DNA of 64,000 nt from Basidiobolus meristosporus CBS 931.73 (lineage: Eukaryota > Fungi > Basidiobolomycota). The stretch is taken from NCBI GenBank assembly GCA_002104905.1, contig MCFE01000457.1:1-64000 (forward strand), read 5' to 3'. The position numbers and the translations under genes are program-made. Under the pieces are notes generated by a model that did no database searches, was not told the DNA's origin, and was given only the letters and a program-made list of their open reading frames with translations. Each line of letters begins with the position of its first letter. The stretch's first letter is position 1. Of this stretch, positions 12,360-23,900 are shown one piece after another.

Positions 12360-13676
12360 TTATTGATTGAATTTCCTGACCCAGAGCGCGTTCTCAAGCT
12401 CCAAGAGGCGTACCTTACGCTCATCAAAGCCGTACATACGGATCGACTCGAGGTCCAGGGCCGCTGGAACGTTCACTTTCCGCAGGTCGCGATTCAGGGG
12501 GCCGGGAAGATCCAAAAGCTGGGCATAGTCGGGCTGGTCCACTCCGATCAGGCTGTCGATCACCTCGTTCAACCGCAGGGTGGAATTCAGCGAGTTGAGC
12601 AGCTCCTCGACTGGCTCGTCGACCAGCCATCGTTTATCCAGGTCCACCGCACGTCGGCTTCTGCCGGTGGAGTACCGATAGCACAGCGAGGTGGTGTCGA
12701 TCACATCCCCCACTGTGTATCCGAATGGGTCCAAAGGATCGTTCAGGGTGGCTTGGCGGTCATTGACGGGATTGAACCCGCTGTAGTCCATGGCTATCCT
12801 CGGGTTCTCTTCTTGCCAGTCGGCCCAGATCTTGTCGATGAAGGCGTGGTGCATCCAGAAGAGCGGGCTGAAATACAATGGGGATGGTGGGTAAGTGACG
12901 GAGCACACATGCACATGCGAGCAAATCAACCGGCCTGAAGGCCACTGATTCACCCGACCGATTATCAGCGGGTCACTTACTCGTTCGGGCTGGACATCAC
13001 CCTGAAATCTCCGCCAATACCGAAGTGAACGTTGGCATGTGGCCCCGGTTCAATGTAACCGCGAAGCTCGTCATAGCTACGAGAGCGACGAATGATGTTG
13101 TTGATGGATTGGGCCGACCAGAAGGAGGAGATCGACTGGCCATTGTCCCATCGTCGAGCCAGGCAGTGGTATCTAGGGTATGGGGCCTGCCAGCCTCCAA
13201 ACGGCCCGTCTAGCAGACAGCTCGCACGGTTACCGCTGCCATTCCCGCCTAGCCAACTCCATAGCTCGCTGCTCTCCGGACTCCATGCATCGATGGTCCA
13301 GTCCTAGCGGGAAATCATGAATGTGGGCGGCCTGAAGGCTCGGGGGCTGCTTACCACTTACCCAGTACGGCAACATCATGTTGGGATCGATCGAGCGTAG
13401 GGCGTTCTCAAACTGGTAGATGAAGAACCGATGCCAGGGGAAGAAGGGCGGGGTGGAGTGGGCGTGGGGGACGTAGGATAGGTGAACGTTGACGAGTTGG
13501 TCGTAGAGGCCGGTCTGCTTCAGAGTGTTCACCGCGGTAATGAAGTTCGTCCTTTCCTCCGCGGTGAGCTGGCGAAACTCCCTTCGCTCGTTGATCTCGC
13601 CACACCCTTGTCCATGGGACAGGGGGATGCTGGTGGCCACGAGCAAGGATAACATCCACTTTTTCATCAGTCGCAT
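12360..13676 (-). CDS. Secreted tyrosinase (type-3 di-copper), ~381 aa; introns 13304-13361 and 12868-12980
   Basis: Signal peptide MKKWMLSLLVATSIPLSHG; RREFRQLT; CuA VH..HAH...FFPWHR; LPYW|DW; CuB PHANVH...SPND|PLFWMHHAFIDKIW. Confidence 0.92.
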
Positions 13677-14470
13677 CGTTCACGAAATGTCGTAGGAAAA
13701 GCGAGGGCGCAACAGAAAGGTGGCAGCTGTATCAAGGGTTCTCTTGGGTGGGTGGGCTCGGGAATCGAAGATGCGCAATACTGGCGATACCCAACCACCC
13801 TGTCAGCGTTTATATTGGTTGTATGGGGACGCCGCGAAGTTCCGAACACTTCCCTCGTTTGTTGGTTGCCGAGGATGGGGTGCATGTCGACTCGCAGGCC
13901 CCCAAGGCATCCCGTAACTATCTCCAAAGGGTAGCCTCCCCACTGGCCCATCCGGCATCGACAAAGTTTGAAACCATGCAGCCGCTCTCTAATCCCGCTT
14001 CATCTCGCATCCCTGGAAAACTCTCCAAGCGCCCAAACATCCAGCAAACAAGCGGGCCTCCATGAGCCTGCCCAGCCTTGGCCCAAGAAACCCGCTGTTA
14101 CAATGAAGATGCTGGCTAGCTCGGCAATGATCCGTCGGCCACGTGAAGGAGCATGCAAGGACTGTTGACTCGCACAGATCGAGCTTCCAATGGCACGACG
14201 AGTCGCGGTAGAATCAACGGTTTATTCTATCAACTTTTACAGGTGGCCAAGCGTGTTTTTAGAAGATCTGGGTAGGTATGATACAGAGCTCAATGGAAAC
14301 AACGGAATAACGCATAAACTGATAAGGAATACATGGATTGCTTCAAGGGCTAGACTCAGGTGAAGAGGCGGTACAAAGGGATAGGTGAAGAGTTCTAATA
14401 CATTATTTACAGATTAACATATGTCGATATAGGCAGGCTAAAGTTACAATTTTCACAGAGGACGCTCCTC

Positions 14471-16822
14471 TTATTTCGGCAAAATCTTCAGTGATTTATC
14501 GGCCTTGAACTCGCCCGCAGCTGGATGTGCTACTTGGTCATCGTACTCCGGGGTTTGCTTCGGCTCGATACGCACTTCCTCGCAGCGGTCGGCACTTCGC
14601 AGGCTCTCTTCGCTCAGCTTGATCTTCAAGAGGCTTTCGGAGATCGTGGATGTAATCGAAGGCCGGCGGAATTCCCGCCTTGCAAACGCTTCAGCAGCGG
14701 AGAACGGAGTCAGAACATTTCCATTGACGTCCATGGGTGGAGAGATGATGGCGGGCTCGATTACGTCCATGATACGCTCCTTGGTGGGCGAGAGGTTCAG
14801 GGCGGGAATGTACTTCGGCTCCCCCGGGCCTTCGCACATAACTTTGAGGCGCTCGCTGCCGTCGGGGACGCGGTGGGAGAAGACTACCCGGATGTTTTTG
14901 TACAGGTAGATGCGTTTCTTCGAGGGCGAGCAAAACTGCAGATGAATTGCGTAACGCAGAGTTCGGCTTTCGCTGGGTGATTCTGGCACTGAATAAGATT
15001 TCTGGCGTAAAAATGTCTTCGAATTCTCTGGCATATCCGAAAAATCATACGGAATGAGGAAAAACTTCACGGCGGTTTTGTTGGGGTTTTTGATGACCAC
15101 TTGCAGTTGGCCCTTGGGGGGGATTCTGTACCCGTGCGGGAACCTTTTGTCATTGACATTCTGGAGCTCCCCGCCCTCGAGATCCACCGTGCCCACATAA
15201 GGGGATGGTGAATCGGAGTTCCCATGCTGATAGAAATAAGCTGGAAAGTCTAGGTTGAGGTGCGGCGGGCACTTCAGCGAGGGCTTGCACTTGCCTTTAC
15301 CAAGAACCCCAATTTGAACGGCGAAGTTGATGGGTTTCGAAGGAAGGGTGGACATTCTTCCGCTCAAGATGGATTCTTCATAGCTCCCTACCAGTGAGCC
15401 AAACAATTCCGAAGGGTTCAAGCATGAGAGGCTAGATCTGCGGCCCCCGTATCTCGGAGGCATCATTGCTCCCATCATGCTGGGCTGATACAGAGGGCTG
15501 TTTCTAGGAACCGAGTGCTTAAAAGGGGACAGAGGGGATGGTGAGGGTGGAGTCAGATTAATTTGGCAATTGTATGGCTTAAGGATGGTAGGCTCTACTG
15601 TGGAACTTGCGACCGGTTGATTCAAAGCAAATCGTCTATTCTCTTCGCGGACGATGGAGGAATGGCTCTCGGCAAACGGGTGGGTAAAGGTATGGTGAGG
15701 AGAGTCGCCAATGGGTGAAGCAGCCGGAATGCTCACTGGACGCGAAAGTCTGAACGACGGGGGCGCTCCCATCCGATCTTCCTCCGTGTTCCATTTCGTG
15801 AATCGAGTCTCGTTGAGCTCTTCGACATCTTCCTTGCTTCCGCTGGCATGTTCCGTTTCTTCTTTAAGAATAGCTAATTTTTGTGTTGTGGTGTGATGCA
15901 AACTTTTTGACATATATCCTCCTTGCAAACTATCCAGTGCCGATGATTTGCGTTTGAGTTGAGGCGTCTGCTGGCCAGCTTCGTAAGTGTGTCTGACAGG
16001 GTCCGCGAAGTCGCCAAGAGCAGACTCTGATACATCGTGATCTACGCGTTCAGGATCCTTTGTGAAATCAGTCAGAACAAGGCCGATTGAAAGTAGCAGA
16101 TGTGGGCAAGTGTACCTCTTTGACGTATTCGAGATGCGTTTCGGTTGGAACCTGACCTTCGCCTGCTTTGATCTTTTCCAACTCCTCAGTGCAGTACGAT
16201 ACACACACATTCAGCTTTCCAAAAGCAGTAGAAGCCCCGTTGAATTGGTTGCTGGTAAGACTCAGTTCGCTCGGGAAACACTTTGTTGAGCACACGCTGC
16301 CGTAAGCTGCAATATCATAACCCAACTCTTCTTTCGGGATCTGGTTCGTGCCGATAACAGAATGAAGGGGCAGGAATCGTATCTGAGAATAGATGGATTG
16401 CAAAAGTAGGACGAGCTGTGTGGTGTCTAATTTACTACGCTCGTTCAGCTTTCGCTCGCTGGGTGAAAGGACATCAAGGATTAGTGGGGTTTGCGATGAC
16501 AAGGTTGCATCCGTTCGACCACTCACCAACTCTCAAACGAGATGGACCAACATTCGAGCAGGGCATTATTGGGCTTGCTAAAAATGTGGATATGGATAGG
16601 GGCACCATTTTTCCAGGCGTTAAGGGCGCTATCGAACGAATGCTCAGGTTGCTAAGGGAACTAGGGTTCAGCAAGTTGTACTAGGACATGAACACGCCCA
16701 GGCAAACAACGAACCTGTGTACTAATTCTTGCTCTTAGAATGATTTGACTAATTTTTGTAACAAATTCCATTTCAAATTTCGTGTCCAAATGTTGACTGC
16801 TAGCTATAGGCAGCAAAGGCAT
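14471..16822 (-). CDS. Atos/FAM214 homologue (DUF4210 + Chromosome_seg domains) with an Atg13-like HORMA N-terminus; at least 3 introns at the 5' end
   Basis: GSLVGSYEESILSGRMS, KCPPHLNLDF, SPYVGTVDL, GYRIPPKGQLQVVIKNPNKTAVKFFLIPYDFSDMP..KTFLRQK, LRYAIHLQF...YLYKNIRVVF. N-terminal exons encode FVTKISQIILRARI, WKNGAPIHIHIF, LLECWSISF, LLLQSIYSQIRFLP and GKLNVCVSY. The 5' boundary is approximate. Confidence 0.85.
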
Positions 16823-19800
16823 TAGTAAGAGCAGTCCAGAAAACAAGGAGCAGACTACCCTGGGGGTACTGACTTGACACAACTTCAAGGGCACTTGGCA
16901 TATTTTGAGTTTAACTGGCGAGTCGAAACAGACAGTGGTGGACGAATTGAAGTTGAAACGAACGAGTTGTCTTTTTTTACCAGTAGCAGTGAACCAGATG
17001 CAACTTCTTTGGGGGGTGAGAAAGTCGACGACGAGACTGACAATGCTTTGGAAAGAACTTTTCTCAATGAACTCTAGGTGCACACAGTTCACTCAGCTAC
17101 TTATTTTCTAAGTCAAAGTGAAGGGCAGTCTGTGATGGAGCCATGCTCTTTTTATAGCCAAGGCGCCCACAGGTTTCGCATGAAAACTGGTCAAATTTTG
17201 AAGTAGATTACGATTTACACCAAACCCATTGAAATATACGGCATGCATGGGATCTTACGTCTGTAGAATGATTCATGATTTAATGAGGGAAATGAATCAT
17301 TTTCCAATCGTAAGTTCCAATTAGAACGCACCCCAGATCTCGTTGGAAATGGCAAAAAACCTTTTCCATATGATTTGTATCGTGAGTTAATAAATTTTCT
17401 TTTGGGTCACCAAGCTCCTGATGACTTGACAATGTCACTTCACCAAACCAATCAACCCCCATATTTCCAGATTAAACCCGCGCTAGACTGGCTGTCCATT
17501 GGCTCTGGATGAGGTTAAGGCGAATTAATTCAGTCATGTACAGATTAATGAGACTATATATATATTAGACTAGCTCCTACGTTGCAGCCTGTGTTTCTCT
17601 GATGGATATTACGTGTAACCGGACGAGGTTGGAAACAATAGCAAACCTGTTGAAGCACACACTCTAATCCTTGTGCTTGCCTCTGCTGCCCCTACCTCTC
17701 GCTGCCTCACCCCTTAGCTTGCCATAGTCGTCGGGGTGGCCAGAAATGCTCATGCTTCGACGGCAGAGGGTGGCGGATATGGCAGGCGTAGTCGCATTTC
17801 CAGATCCATCATCGTCCACTTCGATGGGTGATAAGCCAGACTCGGCGTCATCCCTCACATGACCAGGAAGCTTGTAACAGACTCAAGACATGGTGACAAA
17901 TAAGGTGCGGGCCATCGCTTGCTTGTACCGTGCAGATTTATGTGGTGCCAAACGCAAGCATCCTGCCGTACAGGCAGCGCAGATGTGGTGGCACCTGCTT
18001 GACACACTTTGTTCACTTGATTAAGAAAGAGGTCAGGTTGCCACCATATTGGATGGAATTTCTTGGCCACCTTGTCACTTGTGTGATACGCTGGCTGGTA
18101 ATTGGGACAAATGGAATGGGTTTCTGCTGCTTCGATTAAATGATCGCTCTTGAATTTTTCTCACATTTCCCCGTATTTCCCAATCCTGATTCCTCTACGT
18201 ATAGCCCCACGGTGCCCATGTGCCTACAGTATAGCTATGAGGTGTCAATGGTACTGTCGTGGTGCCCAATGACGAGATCCAGGTGAAGACTGTTCTGTCT
18301 ACGGGAGAGACAGCCACCGTGCTCTTCTGGAGAAGAGGACACGGTCACCGTCGCTACCCCGCCCCGGTGGCTAGCCATGCTGGCGGTGCCGTCCATGGTC
18401 AGAAAGCGCACTCGTAAGCCTCCAAGCCTGTGTTTTTGGTTTGATCATGCTTGTTCGGGTCTTTGGTGTAGCAGGAGTATCTCGATCTGTACCACTCGCT
18501 GTGGTAAATTTCCCACCTATTTCCATTTGTAGGTCACAAGACTGCAGCGGTGCACTGTATGGAGGGGGTTTGGAACGACCAATGTGGTATGCTAGGCTAG
18601 ATCCTAACTCCAACGGCTTCCACCTTTTCTTCGCTATGCTACACGCGCGCTATGCTGGAAACCACCCTCCTATGCGGCCAGGGCCCCATTCTAGAACGTT
18701 CATGGCAATCGATGGATAAGATCAAGGGGCCGCATCCGCATTTAGCATGCGGTGATCTTTGAGTTCCTACTAGAAATGGGCCTGCATAATCGTGGACTCG
18801 GGCTTGGAAACAGCAGTAATGGGATGCAGGCTCTTAAGGGCCATTTCTCCTTTGGTAAGTAAGACTAACAGGTCTAGGAGGCCAGCTGCAGCTCGCCAAA
18901 CTGTGGAACATTCGCCGGTCAGCCAAAGAGCGCAGAGCTTAAATTTTTACACATGCGCCACACAGCAGGCATGCGGTGGCGCCGGAGAGGTGTTTCAAGG
19001 GGGCCGTGTTTCATCGAATCGCAGGCCATGGGAATGCCAACTTCGCATGCCGAAACACATGCCCATTTGGTCCATATCGATCTGCCTTGGCTATGTGGTA
19101 GATCCAGACTCCACCCATTAATCGATGGCTAGGCCGGAAGGTTACGGCTTCCATCAGATCCATGTAAACAGCTTCGCTCAGGTTAGGCTCCGTTATTTGC
19201 CGTAGTTGGCTGGGCGATTTCTACCCCATTTCAGAGCTCATCGGATGGCAGCGGTTGAATCATGTGGATCCATGGTCTCAGAAGTCTGGCCCGCCCAATG
19301 GGAAGTAGGCAATCATATGACTCGGAGTTTAATGACATCTCTACCGCCGTCAAGATACAAATGAGACGGAGAGAAACCCCGATACCAGGCTTCCTTGGAC
19401 AAGTGATGATCATTTGATGCGTGCATCACTGCGTCCAATGGCTAGGTGCCAATGCCAGGACACGGGAGACGGGAGGTAAATTGGAGCTGGAGTAGCAGTG
19501 CCCAGAAAAGGTGCCTCCCGTTTGCTTATTCGACCGCCAAATCATCATCACCAGCCCCTAGCCAGTTGGCTGCTCACCAGATCATCAATTGATGAGCAAT
19601 GTCTGTCAGGATTACTCAGCTCTCCAAGAATGGCGCCATTAAGCAATCATAATCTCAGTGATCGGTAACTTGTCTGGAGGATTGACTCGGGGTAGCCTGG
19701 GGGTGGCCCTCGCGGGAGACACCCGCGGGCTGAGCTGGCTTTGGGCGGATGGCTCGTGGCGGAGAAGGGGCGCAGTCACGGTGGTCGGGTGGATTTCTGT

Positions 19801-20496
19801 TGCCTTCCTTGATGCGGAGGCGACGATCGTTATGGCGAGGGGCGCGAATCAGTCCAGACGACTCGCAGTAAAACCTCCCGAATCCAAGTCTTATGGCACA
19901 AGGCGGTGGGAGTCGAGCCCAGATCAGGGAATTCAATCGGTTTCATCGAAGGCCAGAGCAGCTGAAGGATAGATCTAGGGGTAGCGTTTTCCAAGATGAA
20001 GACGTACGCGGATCGCTACCAAACCGGCAGCATTCGCCTTGACGCTTGCAAGCTCGTCATAGCATCGAGTTGTTTGAGGTGATGCTTCAATCGAATCCAG
20101 TTTGGTCTCCAGGAGGTCTGACATGGCACGGAATCTCCCATGTCTCATGTATGATAGGAATGTGTACGATTGTGGTCTTTGTCTCATGAATCATGCAGCA
20201 TTCTTGAATCCGCCCACGCTCAACCACTCACCTTCCCCCGTAATTATCCCACTATGTTGCCTAGAGGTTTGCGGACAAATCCCAGTTATTACGTGGATGC
20301 GAGCGCTTCGCTATTGCGTAGACGCCCAATAAATAGGGGCATGCCAATCCCTAGCCTAGCAGGCGTCATTGCTTTAGTACCTAGAGTTCACGTTAGAACA
20401 AGTGGAGGCTGCCATCGCTACTTCCCAATCACTGGCTTTGTCTCCTATCTCTCAACTTGCTTTCTAGTCTCCACCGTCGAACACCTTTTGCTAGAA

Positions 20497-20892
20497 ATGC
20501 AGGAAAGCCAAGTTCTCTATCGCGCCTCACGTTCCCCACTATATGTCGATGAGGAAATACACGACGATGACTCCAACTCTACCCCACGACTCTCACCCAG
20601 TGCTAGATATCGACAGAGCTACGAAGAAGCGCAGCATACTGTCTTTGGTCATAGCAAAAGCCTTTTACTTAGGCGTAGAAACCCTTCCCAGAAGGATGTG
20701 GTCACAAACACCAGTAATCCCACGCGGTCAACGCCCCGAACAAACGAAGAACACAACCCACCCACCGGGGAGTATTCTAGAGTGTGGGTGAACAGTAATT
20801 CCCCGCCCGCATCTGCCCCCAAGTTCGGGGTGGTCATGGATGTGTTTTCGGTGTTGATGATAGTTACGGTCGGATTCGTGATGGTTTTCTAG
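20497..20892 (+). CDS. Hypothetical 131-aa protein with a single C-terminal transmembrane helix (tail-anchored)
   Basis: ORF MQESQVLYRASRSP..., hydrophilic and S/T/P-rich, ending in GVVMDVFSVLMIVTVGFVMVF*. No recognised family. Confidence 0.4.
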   Translation: MQESQVLYRASRSPLYVDEEIHDDDSNSTPRLSPSARYRQSYEEAQHTVFGHSKSLLLRRRNPSQKDVVTNTSNPTRSTPRTNEEHNPPTGEYSRVWVNSNSPPASAPKFGVVMDVFSVLMIVTVGFVMVF

Positions 20893-22149
20893 ACGTACTT
20901 GATGCTAACTCGTATATATTCTCAACGGTGTATTATTGGAACTTGCTAATCAAATTAAAATTTTTCTTACCCATCGGACGCCTGAGGCTCTCGTACTTTG
21001 CCACGTCCTAATGGTTGACCAACGTGGTGGCCTGGTAGGGTGATGCATGGTGCGTTCCCTTTGCCCTAGTTCGTTCCCCAGGCTCATACACCACCTATGG
21101 AATCACGCCGTATCCAATGTCCAAGGTGTATGTCGCATATACTCGTTATACCAGAGTTGGAATGCGCCACCATCTCCATCATTTCTAAATTTATCGAGCG
21201 TAGTGGTCATGCAATATCTGCTAGACGGGCTTATATCAAGATGGATGTGCATATAGAAGTAGGCATAGTGGCGTGATTCGATAGTACAGACAGCATACAT
21301 CCACCTGCACTCGAGTGTTTCCCAGTTCCACATTTGGTGCGACCCCAGGACAGGCGAGCCCAGCTTCCGGCAGTCCAACCCAACTGACCTGAGTGAGTGG
21401 TCGTGGTGCCGTTGGATATGTGCTCTTGTTTGAGTCAGCGCGTCGAACCCCCATAGCTGGCAGGGACTGGCCTTCGGAAACGAAGCCGAATCTGTTCTGC
21501 CAACGGGCAGGATCATGAAAGATTCCCAAAGCTTGTGCCAGCCTTCGGGACGTGTCTCCACGACTCTAGTTGCTCCTTAATATGGCATCAGGGAACCAGC
21601 TGAGGTATAAATGGCCACTCCACCTGAGAGTGAGCACAAGTCATGCGTAAATAGCCTCCCGAGTGCAGGTAATCTGCACCCGCTGGTGCCCGAGGCCCGT
21701 ATCGATGTATCGTGAAATCTCAAGTTGGTGTGTACAAACTTCTGGCCATCCTTCGGGATGGGTTACTGATGGTACACGAGCGGCTGGTTTCACAGGATTC
21801 ATCTGGTGACATTGACAAGGCTCTCCAGACATGACCCTCACCACACAAAGTTGGTGGCGGTATACCAGGGCGGCCCCTGCTCTAACCAGCTTACCTGGAG
21901 TATTGAGGAGGCTTGGAGGTATGTTGACCATAAAAAGCCAACATGTGTATACTTTACCTCATATCCCACTGCTTTAGTGCATCACAAACATCAGGGGCTC
22001 AATTCGTAGTGGCGCACTCAGTTGCTGCGAGTCGTCGCCATCAAAGGTTTGAGGCATGGGCTTGAGTGTGCTCTATCTCTCATTGCAGCTGTTGCAACCA
22101 ACAACGGGCATGCTGGGGGTGCCTTGAGTGTGCAATGGATGCACCTGCG

Positions 22150-22600
22150 CAAGGGACGTGGATTTCAAAGTCTGAGATCCCATGCTCAGATTCTATGCCA
22201 TCCTTGTGTGGCAGCCAATGGAGCTGTGCTTCTTGCTCAACCCTAACATGTATCTCCATCTCATGCCAAGCCGTATAACTAACCATTCCCAAGAATGTCT
22301 TATACTGCGCTATGGCCTTGCCGGTCACTTTAACCGCCTGGAGAAGAGGGCTATCCCGGCCAATAGCCAGAAGCCTATTGTGCACCTATTTTCCTAACCA
22401 AGGACGACACATCACAAGGAGTTGTTATGAATAACCGCATCAAATCGAACCTACCAATCGCCCAGGGAGCAATGGCATGATGCTGATGACAGTTCCAGAC
22501 GATTCCATGATTTGTATCGGACCTGTCCATGGATGTAACCATTGATGTATAGGTGGTTCTGAGGTCGTCATGATTTTTGCTCTTCACAGCACTTTGACAG
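22150..22600 (-). pseudogene. Highly degenerate Ty3/gypsy aspartic-protease region (Tat/Athila-like pattern)
   Basis: Frameshifted peptides HLYINGYIHG..IMESSGTVISIMPL and YKTFLGM resemble HLKPLYI.G.I.G..LVDGGA.VNIMP and Y..LLG..W. Confidence 0.35.
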
Positions 22601-22999
22601 AAGAGGCTTGAATGACCGGACTTCCGGGAGTTCTCCACTTCACTCATCCCAACGTCCTCACCATCGTTCTGATTGGTAAACAGAATCCACCACCAATGAC
22701 CGGTGCAGAATCTCTAGTCACTTAAAGGTCTGGCAGGTTCATTGCCACTTCCTGCCAATTGATTTCCCGATTGTGGCCATACAACCGGTCGAGTCGCTGG
22801 AAGTTCACTGGCACTTGGATGCTCCATGTTGTGTACGGGATCTAATTGTGGAGGCTGGGAACATCAATGGAAATGATCTCTGCTGGTATGTTGTGGAGGA
22901 TGCCGGGAATGGGGGTTGGATCTAATCAATCAGTATCCGTGAATCTGTGGGTATGAATTTGTTTGACTGCCAGATTATCCATCTACTGCATGTTTATAC

Positions 23000-23900
23000 T
23001 ATGGCAAATTTCGTATTTCCACCTAAATATTCGCTTGACTTAGTCACTTAGATCATGGCCTACAAATCTTAGAGAATTCTGGCCAAATCCCTTGTTTGGA
23101 TTTACTTGGAGTATTTTCACCAAAACATCTGGTACCCAGAACATGAAAAATCTCAAAGTTGTCCAAACAGCCCCAAGATTTGCATATACATTCTTGGGAT
23201 CTTCCTAGACATATTAGATGTGCTTGTTTTGCCAAGACCATGTAAAAGTATAGTTATTACTTCAGTAAATCACCAAGTGAAAGCCATATAATCTACTTGT
23301 TCTCCCAATCACTTACAATATCTCCAAAACTCTTGCAACAGGTTATGAGCCCCAAGCTGTCACTCTCTGGGATGCTCACTACTGTTATTACTGGAGTTTT
23401 CCCCTCTGCTGAATAGCTGGATAGATCTAACTACCAGGCCTCAAATGTAAAGATGAAGGTGATGTCACAGGAATGAGGCATTTGGGATATTGTCATGGGA
23501 CAAGAATACCCTCTTAAAGTTGTAAGTGAAGCAGCTTTAAAGTGCTAGACAAAAGAACAAAGTACATTTGACCAAATTTCCCTTGATGCTAAAGAAAAAC
23601 TGCTAATATACTGCTCAATAGTTAAAACTGCATACACTGCTTGGAAGGAATTCAAGAACACCCAACAGCCATGTTCTCCATGAGAAATAACTGTGATGGC
23701 CCCATCAAAAGGCTGCCACAGAATTGAATCCTGAGAAAAAGAAGCACTGGTACTGTTGGCATACAATGTGATTATCAATGGAAAAGGGTTGTATCTCAGA
23801 TTTCCCAAAAAACTGGGTCAAGCTTCCACCTCAATGACCCAATAGCTGCTTATCCTTGGCTCTCTGCCATATCTCTTACTGCCTGATGCTAAAAACCCAA
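23000..23900 (+). mobile_element. Copia family 1, 5' fragment: 5' LTR (~23000-23340), PBS and degenerate gag
   Basis: LTR ends TTGCAACA, followed by GGTTATGAGCCC. The gag remnant reads NYQASNVKMK...GIWDIVMG...KTAYTAWKEFK...ILGSLP (UBN2-type). Confidence 0.8.
23341..23352 (+). promoter_or_regulatory. Copia primer-binding site (GGTTATGAGCCC)
   Basis: Lies directly after the LTR end; resembles the GGTTATGGGCCC PBS of Drosophila copia. Confidence 0.7.

Noticed and set aside
7143-13676. Tyrosinase plus CoA ligase as a biosynthetic gene cluster
   Set aside because: The ligase has a PTS1 and looks like housekeeping Pcs60; the neighbours are VDAC, a cyclin and tubulin; there is no PKS, NRPS, transporter or regulator.
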